A stretch of 64,000 nucleotides of DNA from Hyaloraphidium curvatum SAG 235-1 (Eukaryota > Fungi > Monoblepharomycota). The stretch's first letter is position 1. Each line of letters starts with the position of its first letter. Under the pieces are notes generated by a model. It searched no databases. It saw only the letters and a program-made list of their open reading frames with translations, and was not told where the DNA came from. The stretch spans positions 310,001-374,000 of the forward strand of contig JAIVFI010000015.1 in the NCBI GenBank assembly GCA_025558095.1, in the 5' to 3' direction. Positions 51,065-62,700 of the stretch are shown piece by piece. A program made the position numbers and the translations under genes.

Positions 51065-52604
51065 GCTGGCGGCTGTCGCGTGGTTCACGGGGGGCACATT
51101 GGTCGGTCTGCTCGCTGCTGCACGCCAGCATGCACTGATTGCATCATCTCCACCAGAAGCACGGTGATTCGGGGGATGGGTTTGGGGCGCATTTGATGCC
51201 GGACACGGTTTCCGCGGGCATGGGTTCGGGGCATGGGTTCCCGGCGACGCTGGGATTCGCTTTAGCACGTCTTTTTGCTCATCGCGGTTGCAAACTAGAT
51301 CTTTTCTGCGTTGCCAGTCGTCCGGATCTTTCGTCCGAGGCACTTCCAGGTCAGCTGTCGCACGAGGTGCGGTCTCACCGCTACGGAGCGGCTTTCGGCC
51401 GATCGGGCGGCGGTTCTGCGTTCCCGGTGCGAACCTTCATCTTCACCAATGAATTGGAGAAAGGCGCAGGTCCGAAGGCGGGCAACAACCCCGTTGACGA
51501 GGGCATACCGGACCGCGAGGCGTGGTGAACGGGCCGGTGCGCTTCCGCGGCAATCAGTTGCGATTGCATCAGGTTGAGGATACCTCTACGGCCTTCTCTC
51601 CGAGCGCAGCGGCGTAGGCGTCGGGTGTAGACTTCTTTCATTTGATCTTTTCCCCTTAAAGCGCTGGCTCGGGGTCTGGTGACCGCACCGTGAAGAGATC
51701 GGGGCATCCGACGATCTGAAATGTTTGCAATGTATGTGGAGCAGGTCCCCTGTCCCTCGTGCGCCCGCGAGAACCGGTGCTGGGCGCTGGAAGAGATGAA
51801 ACGTGGTCAAATTTGGTGAAAAATGAATGTGGAGCGGTGGTGGAAGCTCGGAGCCCTTCCAGACCCTCCAAGCCCGCCGAAACAATTTGAACCGTTTTGC
51901 CGATGGATGAAAGGGGCGGTTCCCGACGACCACCGCGGCGACACGCGGCACCGGAGCGCTTATAAAGTAGAAGATGGGAAAAGAAATGGAGATGGTAAGC
52001 GATGAGCGCAAACGACGGAGAAAGGTGCGGAGACCCACGAAAAAGAGCATCGCGAGATATAATAGGGAAATTTGGGAGGGAGCGCCGTCGAGGGGACGGG
52101 GAGTCAGAAACGGTTCGGGCCGGCTGCTGACCTCGCCGACGCCGAAAGTCGAGCTTGGACGCACCCGGCCGATGAAGAATCAGTGCAAAAGCGCCGCCGG
52201 CCCCGCGAATGCCCGCCTGCATCAACGGTGGGGTTTGTGCGCGGGAGATTCGATTCCGTGGCTTGACCGGCGACATGGTCTATAGGAAACACGAGTCGAA
52301 ATGGGAACTGCCAACAAGTGGGCGCAACGGCAAGATACGGTGTCAGAGCAGCGCGAAGAAAGCTCGGATTGAACCTACATTGTTTTGCGCGCGGGGGGGA
52401 TGGGGGTGTTGGAGTCGGTCATCTGAGCGGGGCTCGTGTGAGGTTTCTTCCTCGTCCTGTGCCGATCCGACGCTACCGACGCGTTCCATGGGGACGTATC
52501 CCGCTGAATGCAATCTTTCTTCTGGCCTCTACGGAGCCGGATGTGCACGGATGAGGATGAGGTTCGGTGTTTACGGTTGTTGCCGGCCCGCCGCTCGCAC
52601 ACTC

Positions 52605-52977
52605 TTCCCGGGCGTGACAGGCCAGTCGGGTGCGGCAGACTGTCTGTTGCATTATCCGATGGACCACTCGCAGCGGCCGTGGACCGCTTGCTTTGCCCGT
52701 GGACCAATCTTGGCGGCCGTGGACCGCTTTCCCGTGGCGTGACAGGGCCAGTCGGGTGAAACGCGGGCCTGAACCACATGAGCCGTGGACCACATGAGAA
52801 TCCGGGAACCAGTTGCGCAGACCGCCGAGTTCCCCTGTGAACCGTCGCAAGGCTCTATATGAGATTCTTGCCCACGACGGACCACTCGCGGCGGCCGTGG
52901 ACCAATCGTGGCGGCCATGGACCAATCGCGGCTGCCGTGGACCGCTCGGGCGGCCGTGGACCACTTGCGGCGACACG
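52605..52977. repeat. Two arrays of ~20-bp direct repeats (core GCCGT-GGACC) plus a ~30-bp direct repeat
   Basis: GGACC at 52661, 52681, 52701, 52721 and at 52879, 52899, 52919, 52939, 52958; variants at 52771, 52787, 52806; TTCCCG(T)GGCGTGACAG(G)GCCAGTCGGGTG at 52605 and 52729. Confidence 0.9.
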
Positions 52978-52992
52978 GCATTCAACGGCACG

Positions 52993-53387
52993 ATGCCCTT
53001 CTGGCTCACCTACCAAAGGTGGGGAGCTCCGGTGATCGGAGAGGAAGGTGAGAAACTGACTTTACTTTTCCAGGCAACAAGTCGTGCGCGAGATCCGCAA
53101 GATCGCGTCGCTAGCGGACGACGGGGTCGTATACACCAACCTGTCCGCCCAAGAGGGCTCCGCTGTGCCGTCGTCGAGCGGTGGCTGGCCACTCTGCCTG
53201 AGGTGCGTGCGTGCTTCCGTGCTCGTGGGTGCTCTCTTGACCTTGCGACCCAGACTCTCGCCCGGCTTGCGGCTTCGGAGGACTCGGCAAAGGACTCGCT
53301 GCCGCGGTTCTTTGCCCGCGAGAACGCAACGGCGCGGCGCCTGCTCAACGACTACATCCAAGACGTCGCGGAGGGGTACCAGTCTAG
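52993..53387 (+). pseudogene. Spliced gene remnant with frameshift, truncated at ~53385
   Basis: MPFWLTYQR|QQVVREIRKIASLADDGVVYTNL, frame change near 53155, LRCAVVERWLATLPE|TLARLAASED...LLNDYIQDVAEGYQ; coding character ends at CTAG 53384. Confidence 0.4.
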
Positions 53388-54329
53388 TAGTTTCCGTTGG
53401 CCCTCGTGGTGTGGCCGACAGTCTGATGGTACTGAGTGAGTTGAGTGTGATGATCAGTCCGCTTGCTATGCGCAGGGTTATCTTCCCGTGCCTGCTGGCA
53501 TTCAGCTTCTCTCTCTCGCTGATGTAATGGACGTAGATGGTGTAGGGTGATCAGCGGTGGAGGAGTGAATAGCCCCGGGAGTAGAGAGCTGATCAGTCCG
53601 AACCGCAAGACACACTCCCGAATTCCGGCGCCGCCGGGCCACAATTTCCCACTCGAAGGAAGCAGCAGTCCCTTGAGCGACACGGAAACACAAGGCTTTG
53701 CTCTGGTGTGGTCGGACACGGCTGCCGGGACGGCCCAACTTGGACTGCCACGCTCATCCGTCGCGCGCTCTCCTCCCTTTCCAGCACACGAATCCCGCAG
53801 ACAGCGGACCTCATGCGACACAGCTACCGCTCGACATGTACGTGCTGCTGTCGGTCGTGCCGTTTGCCGGAGATTTCCGGGCCGTCTGACCCGTTTGCCC
53901 TTCCGTCCCCGCCTGCGCCGTCGAGTCAGGTCGGACCGCACGCCGTGCCCAATGGAAGCATCTCCAATTGCCGAGTACGTGGCGAGGCGCTTTCGCTGCT
54001 CGCGTCTCTCACATTCCTTTCCATTCAGACTCGTGCTCCTACCCACCGCCCACGGGCTACCCACGTCCGGACCGGCCGGCGAGCTCGGGGCAGGTGGACT
54101 CGGGGAAGCGGACTCGGCGAGGGGAGGCGGGTTCGGCCGGAGTTCGTGATCCGTCGTGCGCGACAGGAAATCGCTCCCCGGTCGACGATGCCGACCGTAA
54201 GCCTTGTCCTGGCGGACGGGACGGTCATGGCCACCGCGGGCGATCGCGGCTACCTACGCAGGCAAGCGTGGATTCGCTTCTCGTCGTGCGCGACAGGGGA
54301 GTGCTTCCGCGCCTGCTATGCTAGCTAGC

Positions 54330-54638
54330 TGCCCGATCGTCCGCGGTCCGTGGTGGAAGTTTGCAGACGGTCCTGGACAGCCATTCGCGCCGCCGATCCG
54401 GACGCACCTCCCCTGCCTGTCCGAGCAGCAGTGGCTTGATCCCCACGAGCGCATCGTCGACCTCCAGCCGGTGCACGTTCTTGTCCCCTTTGATCTGTTT
54501 CCAGGAAAACTTGGCGCCCTTCGAGACTTTCTTCCCCTCGCCAGGCCGCACGGTGAAGAACCGGCAGCCGGCGAGCGCGGGCTGGACGCCGTTGGGGACG
54601 CCCGGCCGGAGGTTCTCGGACGCGTGCAGGTGCACCAT
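54330..54638 (-). pseudogene. 5' gene fragment (MVHLHASENL...LLGQAGE followed by a GTGCGT donor)
   Basis: Strong third-position C/G codon bias over ~77 codons, then an intron donor; no downstream exon before the GCTAGCTAGC junction. Confidence 0.4.
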
Positions 54639-56783
54639 TGATGTGCGCGAGCGGAGGAGTGGCTGATGGGCGGGATTCGGTGTTGCGGGTCGCCGGTCCG
54701 GTGCGCCTGGATGGAAGTTCGTGGACAGGCAGCAGCAGGACCCTGGCACTGACACCCCCGCGAACGCCGCCCGCTCTTCCCGCGCGAGCGGGTGATCGAT
54801 CGACCATCAAGGGCGAATTCTCGAAGGTGTGATAAGAGATCCGGCCGGTCCGCATGGCATCATCCACAGGGACGCCGCCCAGCGGACCCCGCCGCGCCCG
54901 TCCTCCGTCCGGCGTCGCTGCATGCGGGAATCACGGGAGTATGAGACTCAAACGGGGCCCGAACGATGGGGCAAAGGTCCATCCCCAAGGATCTCGGCCG
55001 ATCGGGGCTCAAGTTATCGGGATCGCAGCAGTGCGAGGCAATTTCCTGGGTTCCCGTAGGAGGTTTGTTAGTGGTCGCACGGAGCGCAGAGCTGGACCCT
55101 GCGCGTCGAGCCGACAAGTCAAACCTCCCTTTTGAGCGGCGCTCCCCGGCGCATACCGCGCCCACGGCTGTGCGGATCCCCGCCCGACGCAGCCCGCGTG
55201 GAAAGGAGTTCAAGAGGCACGCACTGGTTGCCTGTCACCGGCCGCCGCGGGCTCTCTGCGCGACCAGGACCATGCCTGCGCGGACCGGCGACGGCCGACA
55301 TCCCACCTCATCAACCTGCGGGGCCCGACCATGCGAAAGGCCAGGGGTTGTGCGATGCGCGACGTTTGGCGATGGATCTTGGGCAAATCGCGGATTCTTT
55401 TCGCAGGCGGCGCTGCTCACACGCGAGGACGGTCCCCAGTACCCGGAACGCGCCGAAGCCGGCCAATCTCGGCGGATTATGGGCGCGGAAAGCTAGAACG
55501 GCGAACCGATGGGCTATCGGAGGCCTCCCTACACAGCAATAGGCTCCACTTCACACTCGTCCAGCAACTTCGAGCGTCCGGCTCTCCAGACGCCAAGTCC
55601 ACGAGCCCGCGCTATCGAGGTCACGTAATCAGGTCCGGTGACGACGATCGGGGGGAAAGCGGAGGATGAATCCGCGCACAGTCGACCTGGATCGCGGAAA
55701 GTATCAACCGTTGGCGAGCGCGGTCGCCAGACGATGGTCGGCCGAACCTTTCGCACATCCCAGCGCGCTCCCACCGCGCGTGCCAAGGCGCCGTGAACAT
55801 TCTTCGCGTTGGAAAGTCTCCAGTCTCCGATCGGTGGCGCCCGACCCGAGATGAACTGGCGCGCGCGGAAAAGGGCGCCGGACTCGCCGACGAACACCAC
55901 GGCCATCCGGCGGCCGCACCGTCCGGCCAACACGGCGGGCAAAAGACAGCGCATCGCGGGCACAGTTTGCTCTGCCGCTGCCGGCGCAGCGGCGGCGGCG
56001 GCCGTCGCACGCAGGCGGCGTTGCGCGCTGCCCCGCCGCGCGCCACAGTTCGGCTGCCGCGGCTACCTCTCATCCAAACTTGCCGAGACCATCCAACGGA
56101 GCCTCTTCACAGTGTTCGTCGCGGAAACCGCTTTGGGTCGGGAGCAAGGGAAGCGTCCTCGGATCCCGCGAGGACGGCGCTTTGTTTCGCCGGCGGAAGT
56201 CGCCGTGGAAAGGAACACGGCCAGGGAGCTCGCAGGCAAAGGAGTGAAACAGGCACCGAGGAGCACCGGTGTGTCGCCCGGCGGAGGTGGAGAGCGCTGG
56301 GCGCGGTCGGCCGGCGGATCGGGGCTACCCCCGGTCGACGTGACCAGGGGGTCCCGGTCGCTCAGCCACGGCAAGAACGGCCATCCGGCGCGCTCGGGCC
56401 AGGGATGACATCGGGATCTCGGGTTCTAGAGCGTCGTGCGTAGGGAACGGGAGATGCTCGGCAAACTCCGACGTGCCGAGGCAGGCCCGCGCAGGCTGCA
56501 AAGGCCTAAGCGGCTTCGGGAACACGCGTTTCGCTGAATTCGGAGCCGAGACGTGCTCGGTTTCAGCTCGTGTGGTTTGCAGTGGCCGCGCCCTTTGACT
56601 TGGCGCGTGGAGGGCGGCTGTGCGGCAGACGCGTCTTTAGCGGACCGACCACCGACTCGGCGCGGCCTCGTCGGGACCGCCGCAGGCTCCGCGTAGGTCA
56701 AGGAGCGTTCTATTGCCATTCTTCGTCGGCTACGGGTCGTTTGGACGCGCGGCCGCGCCTGTTTCGAGAACACGTGCGCCCCC

Positions 56784-59700
56784 ATGGCGCCCGCTTCGGC
56801 GTCGCTACGGGGCCCGCCCGGCGGCCAGGCGGGCAGCGGATCCGTCCAGCGCGCGTCTAATGAGCCAGGAAAGGCAACGGTGGGGGCATCACGGGCTGCC
56901 GCACCGGAGATCTACGGGGCGGCGGGGTCGTCGCACGAGCGAGGCAGAGAAGCTGACCCTTCTCCATCCTTTGCCATCCGACAGAGCAAGCCAACCACCA
57001 TCAAGGCGACGGTGCTCGGAGGCACCGATGACGAGCAGCTGATCGGGTTCAGGTCGAACAACGAGGACAAGGTGGGTTTCACCCCCGAGCACCGCGGCTC
57101 CGGCGGTCAACTCGCTAACGCCCGCATCAGGTCGCGCGGGTGTTCAAGATGGAATCAGTCGCAGGGAAGAGGGCGCCGGCGCCGAGCCGCAAGGCGGTGC
57201 GTGGCACCGGAACGTCGGCGACGCTGGCGCAGATCCAACCTGCTGCCCCTTCCTCCGCCAGGTGTGGGTTGGACAAACTGAAGATGGATCATCACAAGGA
57301 CTCGTTGGGAGTCTCGGACCCCACCACGGCCAGTTCGTCGTCACCCACCAATCGACGTGCACCTCGGGCAGCCCTGGGGCGCGCTCCGCGTCTCGTGACT
57401 GCAGCACTGCTCCGCCTGACCGCCTTGAGCATCATCCCGACTTCGCACGCATGAAGAAGCTCGGGTCCGCGGTGCACGACTCGGTGTCAGGACTCGAGGG
57501 AGGCCGGCGGATCAAGAAGGAACTACGGGCCGTGTTTGCTTCGGCAGAGAAGCAAATGGAGGAGCAAGCGAGAGGTACCGCACCGCCGCGCGATGGCTCT
57601 TCGACGCGGCTCATCATCTCCACAGGGGGGGACAACGGCTTGCGGATACTCGATGCCCTGAAGCGAGGTGTCGCGCGCTGCCGCCGCAAGGCCGACGAGC
57701 TGCTCTCGGACCCGGTTGGTTGCGCTCTACGCAAAGCTCAAGACGAAGCTGCCTTCTGGGAGGGCTGGGCCGGGTACCTGCTGGAAAAGGCGGTCATGGC
57801 GCAGAGCGAGGCCAACGTGAAGAGGTGGTCGTATGAGCGGGCACGGGTACGTCCCCTTCGACATTGCAGCCTCGGGCGTGGTTCTCAATCCGGCGTGCAT
57901 CCGCATATCTAGGCATACGCGATCCGGACTTCGGCCCGCGTCGAGGAGGAGAAGGCGGACGCAATCAAGGGGGCCGAAGCCGAAGCAGCCTCCGCCGACG
58001 AAGAGACCCGAGAAAGGATCCGGGTCATCCTCGAGCGGTGCCTGGATGAGAAATCCTGGACGGAGGAGCACGAGTGGCGGAAGGCCCGTGCAGCCGAGGA
58101 GAAGTCGCGCGCAGCGACGGCCGCCGCGGGCACGGCAAGGCGGCAGGCCGACGTCGCGGCCGCCAAGGCCGCCAAGGCTAGGGCAGCAGCTGCCCGGGCG
58201 CAAGCGGCGCTGGACGGCCCGGAGGACGTGGACGGCGCGGTGGCAGCGGTGGACGCGGAGGTGGCCCGGCTGGCGGCTCGGGAGGAAGCCCGGATCGAAG
58301 CACGGGCCCGTGCCGCCGCGGCGCTGAAAAAAGCCAACGAAAAAGCTCGGCGGAAGCGGGCCGCTGCGTCAGGGGAGGACGCCGAGGAGCAAGCCAAGGC
58401 CGACGCCGCCGCGGACTACCTGGCTCGGATGCCGGCAACGCCGTCGCCGGCAGTGCGGCCACTCAGCCTGGTCACCCTGCTGGACTTCCACGAACGCCGC
58501 AAGTGGATCATCTCGGCCACGCGCTTTCGGCTGGTTCGCCTGGACTGGCGGGTGTACCACTACGCCAGGCCGCCCGCGGTCGTCGGACCCGAGCTCCTGG
58601 TCCCCGCCCTGGTGGCAAAAGCGGCGCGGGACCTTGGAAACGAGCGCGGAGGATACCCCACCCGTGAGCGCCGCTGCACTGTGTTTGGCTCGCAAAGTTC
58701 TGACGCAGCGCTTCCAGCCGACGAGGTCAAGCATTTCGTCGCCGCCAGCGGACAGCCCCTGCCACGACGCCATTTGTCCAGCGGACAGCCGAGATGGTTC
58801 CAGGGACGACCACTTCCCCCGCTTCCTCAAGTCCGGCTCTCCGAGATCGCGACTGGTGGGCGTTCCCGATGCTCCAGGTATTGCCAGATCTCACGGCGAC
58901 GCTTCCTCCGCAGTGATCGAGTGCATCGTGTTTGCACACGGGAGCCACTATGCCATCCCAGACCCGCACTTCAAACCCTCTACGCACCACAAGTCCCGTA
59001 CCCGGTTCCTGCCTCACCTCCCCCCCGGCACCCTCAAGGAGCTGGCAGCGCTGCTGCGGCAGCCCGCGGACCAACCGATCCCGTCGGGGATCCACGGCTT
59101 CGGCACGGACTCCGCGCGTCCCGACAAGTGCATCACGATTTCCTTCGGCCCAAGCGACACCTGCCGGATTACGCTCCCCTCCGCTGCCACCTACCTCGAC
59201 GTGCAGGTGAGAATCGCGAGGTGCCACCGAGCCGGACATTCCGCTGACCAGCGCTTTTGCAGCGGACCCTGGTCGAATTCGGCGTCGAGGACTTCCGGCT
59301 AGAGACCTCGGCTGGCCGCGTCGTGTGCCCAGACGACGCGCCTCCCGACGGCGCGTTGCTCCATGTCCGCATCCGCGGGCGCGGCGGGGCACCGAAGGCG
59401 GCCAGCGGATCGCAGGATGCTCCCGCCGCACGATCAGTGAGCGTCGTTCTGTTTGCTTGTCCTCCCGCAGCACGTGACAGTTTCGTTCGGCCCAGCAGGC
59501 ACAACCGGCCGTCCAACCGCTCCCCGACCTCCCTCCCCGGCCGACGATCCCTCCGACCACGGGCCTCGGAGACGCCGCCCAGGACGTGGCCTCCATCGAC
59601 GCGCTGCTCACTCGGCCTCCCACGGGTTTGGCCAGATCGGTGTTCGTCCCTCCGGGCAAAACCCAAGCCCACGAGGTGGCAGTCGGGATTGTGCGGCTCT

Positions 59701-62700
59701 TCGGCTCGTACACGGCCTTCTACCGATTTCTCACGGCGCATCCTGCGGGACCACGAGCTACGAAACGTATCAAGGAATCGTTGATCCGCCACAAGCTCGT
59801 CACCGCCCAGCGATTCTCCTTCGCGTCGGGCAACCTTGGTCCGCATTTCGACGCGCCGGACGAGTCCCTGTTCTCACTCCGTGTTCGGGCGGTGGGCTAC
59901 AAGCTGGTATCCCAGACAATCCGTACCCTAACAGCGGCGACCGCACTCCACAGAATCCGGTTTCCGCGGTGTTTACGGAGGCGCCCGATCGCCACACAGT
60001 CGCTGCGTCAGGCGACCGTTGGTGGACCAACATCACCGGCCAGACGCAGGTCGTTGCCCCGGCGTTCAGGCGGACCACGGACATTCCACAAGCGCTAATG
60101 GAGGACGACGTCGGGGATGTCAGCATTATCCGAGCCATGGTTGCCCCTCATGCGGTCCCGGGTGCCGCCCAAAGGCTTGCCCTGGGCTTCATCGCGACTT
60201 TTGGTTCCTACGTGTCGGCCTTTCATGCGTACCGCCACGTCCGCACCATTTCAACAAGATCTCCTTTGACAGCCATGTTGAAGCTAGTCGACTACGTCAA
60301 GCGCAACGGTTTCTTGGACAACACCGACGTGACGGGGAGGGCAGCGCCCCTGTACCGCTGCCTTGCCCAGCCTCAGAACCAAGAGAATTCTCGCCTTAGC
60401 TTGGCGTTCGATTCCGTAAGGGAAAAGTGTCGTGCTCGGATCCCCATCTCACGACAACGTCTACAGAGCCCTCCACCCGGACAGATGCCGCTTGCGCTGA
60501 CCTCGGCCACGGCACCGGCTCCTGTGCCTGCCCCAGTCCCGGAACAAGCCTCGTTTGCTGCGGAATCTATTCCCCCTCCGCTGGCGCTCGAAACTTTCCT
60601 GTTCCGTACCATCACCATTCTCCACAAGAAGGTCGAAGAGGCCGCGGCGGGGCGAGCCGCTGCAGCATTAGCGAGGCATTACGGATCGGCTTCCGCGCCC
60701 GAGGGAGCTGCTGTGGAGGAGCACATGCTCAGGACCGGCTGGGAAGCGCTCACTTCCGACTACTCTCGGCTCTATGCCCAATGGATGATCGACCAATCAA
60801 AGACGCACCCACTTTACTACCTCATCAACCCTCTGCGGACCGCCGGAGCGTTCGAGACTACGGATTTCGACCGGTCGTCCGACTCGCTTTCAATGGTCTT
60901 CGTCAACGGCGAAACGGACTTGGCGACGTTCCTTCGCTGCGTGAGTACCTCGCGACCTCTGCCTCACAACACCCCGCTGACCTCACAACACCCCGCTGAA
61001 CGGTGCCTCGCTCCAGTTCCACCGATTCGACGACGCCAAGCTCGCCGTCGGATACCCTGCCTTTGGGCGCACGCCCGACCTCGACAACCCGCCGTCGGGC
61101 CACCTGCCCGCTCCGCGGGCAAAGATCGACTCCAATCGGGCGGCTGCCGTCGCCGACAGCGGCGCCGTCCATCTACCGCCGACACCCGGATCGTATTCGA
61201 CGACATCCGTCAGGCCGGCCCCGCCGCGCGACTCAGAGGTGCGCGATCAAACCTGCCGGCAGGATCCGCAACTCAACCCCGCACAGCAGAGACGCCTTCC
61301 CTCGGCAAAGCATACTCGCTTGCTGGACGAGCGGCTTCGACAAGCGGACGCACACATGGCAACCGGATCCACACCCCTCAAGGCCCAATCACCCGTTCAC
61401 CCGAAGCCCACGCCGAGCGCGGCATCCCCGGCCGCGAAGCGAGTCGCCATTGAAGGCGAACAGCAACCGGCAGCCGCGACTCCTCAGCGCCGCGTGGCCA
61501 TGGAGGTGGACCGTGGTGGATCCGCCGCTACTGCTCGCAAGTTCAACTACGTGAGGATCGCCATCTCCTTTGCCCGCGCACGTCAGCTGACGTCGATCAT
61601 CTCTACCAGCCCCTTGGCGGCCACGTTCCCGGCCTGTCTCGCGACGAATCCGTACGGAGGACCCTGCAGGAGCTCCCCGCGGAGAAGCTCGTGAGATCTT
61701 TCTACATGTTCGTCAAGGGCCTCACGACCATGGGCCCAGAGCCGCCGGCCGGAGAAGCCGCCCCGGTAGCAAAAGACAAGCACGGGCACGAACGGCCCCA
61801 CCAACGCCCCGGACTGTTTGAAGCTCGCTCCCCGCCTGCCCCCCGGATCTGGACGCTGCTTTCCAAAGGAGCATGGAGGGAGGGCGCGGGTGGTCTCGCG
61901 CGGCCGTTCGAGGCCGGCAAGCAGCTCCTCATCTCGCAGGTGCGCGTGGACAAGCTCAACGAAGTAGTCAGCACGCTGCCCAAGGACGGTGACGAGCGCC
62001 GGCGTGCGTGGTGCTACATCTGGAACCTCCGCTGGACGGGCCAAATGCTGTACTTTACGGCGAGTTGGCGGCCGGCAGAAGAAACCCACCGCCTTTCTGA
62101 CACGTTGCTGACCGACAGCACGATTTCAACCCCACGGAGCACCTACCCTACCGCATCCCGCCGGGCGCCGCCATTGACCAGCTGCCGACGGAGCAGGCGA
62201 TCTCGCTCAGGCAGATCAAGGAGCCGATCACGCCGAGGGTGGGAGGCCAAAGCACAACTGCAAGACGGCGCCAGATCTTTCGCCCATACGGATGGCGAGA
62301 CTTCGACACCCTGCGCGATCTGCTCGTGACCGTTAAGGCTGTCGCCGATAACGACAAAGAGCGATTGGCCGTTGATCAGCTCACCCACCTGATCGTGGCC
62401 GTTGGGACCAATATTGACGCGTTCGTAGGGACGGCTGGTGTTGTGTGCCCTCACTGACTTGCCCTCCTTTGCCAGCCCCAACTCGGCCTCCTTCCTCCTC
62501 AAGAAGCCCAGAACATGCTTCGTGAGGTGTCTCCAGGACTACTCCGTGCCGCGGCAGGTCATGGTGCCCATCCTTTATCTGGTCGAGAAGGCTGGAATCC
62601 ACATGGGCGTGGAGTTTGGCGGGCAAGTCGAGGTGACACACGAGTGCCAGTACGTCGGCCGCGTGCTCTCGGCGAACGGTTCTGACACACCGGCCCAATA

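Noticed and set aside
51139-52600. ORFs and a TATA-like TATAAA (51961) in the lower-GC stretch
   Set aside because: No coherent exon chain or recognisable product; cannot support a gene or promoter call.
52661-52977. Possible CRISPR array
   Set aside because: 20-bp period with no unique spacers, eukaryotic context, no cas genes.
53388-53470. Hammerhead ribozyme in the low-GC insert
   Set aside because: Closest cores are CTGATGG and CTGATCA, not CUGANGA with matching stems.
49110-56700. Fanzor/TnpB nuclease associated with the IS630/Tc1 transposase
   Set aside because: No RuvC motifs or terminal CxxC...DRDxNAA signature seen in any frame.
48950-56700. Terminal inverted repeats for the transposase
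   Set aside because: Only ~8-bp matches (e.g. CCGTTCCC at ~49093 vs GGGAACGG at ~56443), expected by chance.
59471-59500. HVTVSFGPAG as a duplicate of the Ubl first strand (ITISFGPSD)
   Set aside because: Falls inside the intron (~59438-59498) required to keep the frame; probably coincidental.
59870-59955. Apparent frameshift creating a second LRVRGG ubiquitin-like tail
   Set aside because: Explained by a canonical intron 59892-59953 (GTGGGC...CCTAAC...CACAG) giving LRVRA|NPVSAV in frame.
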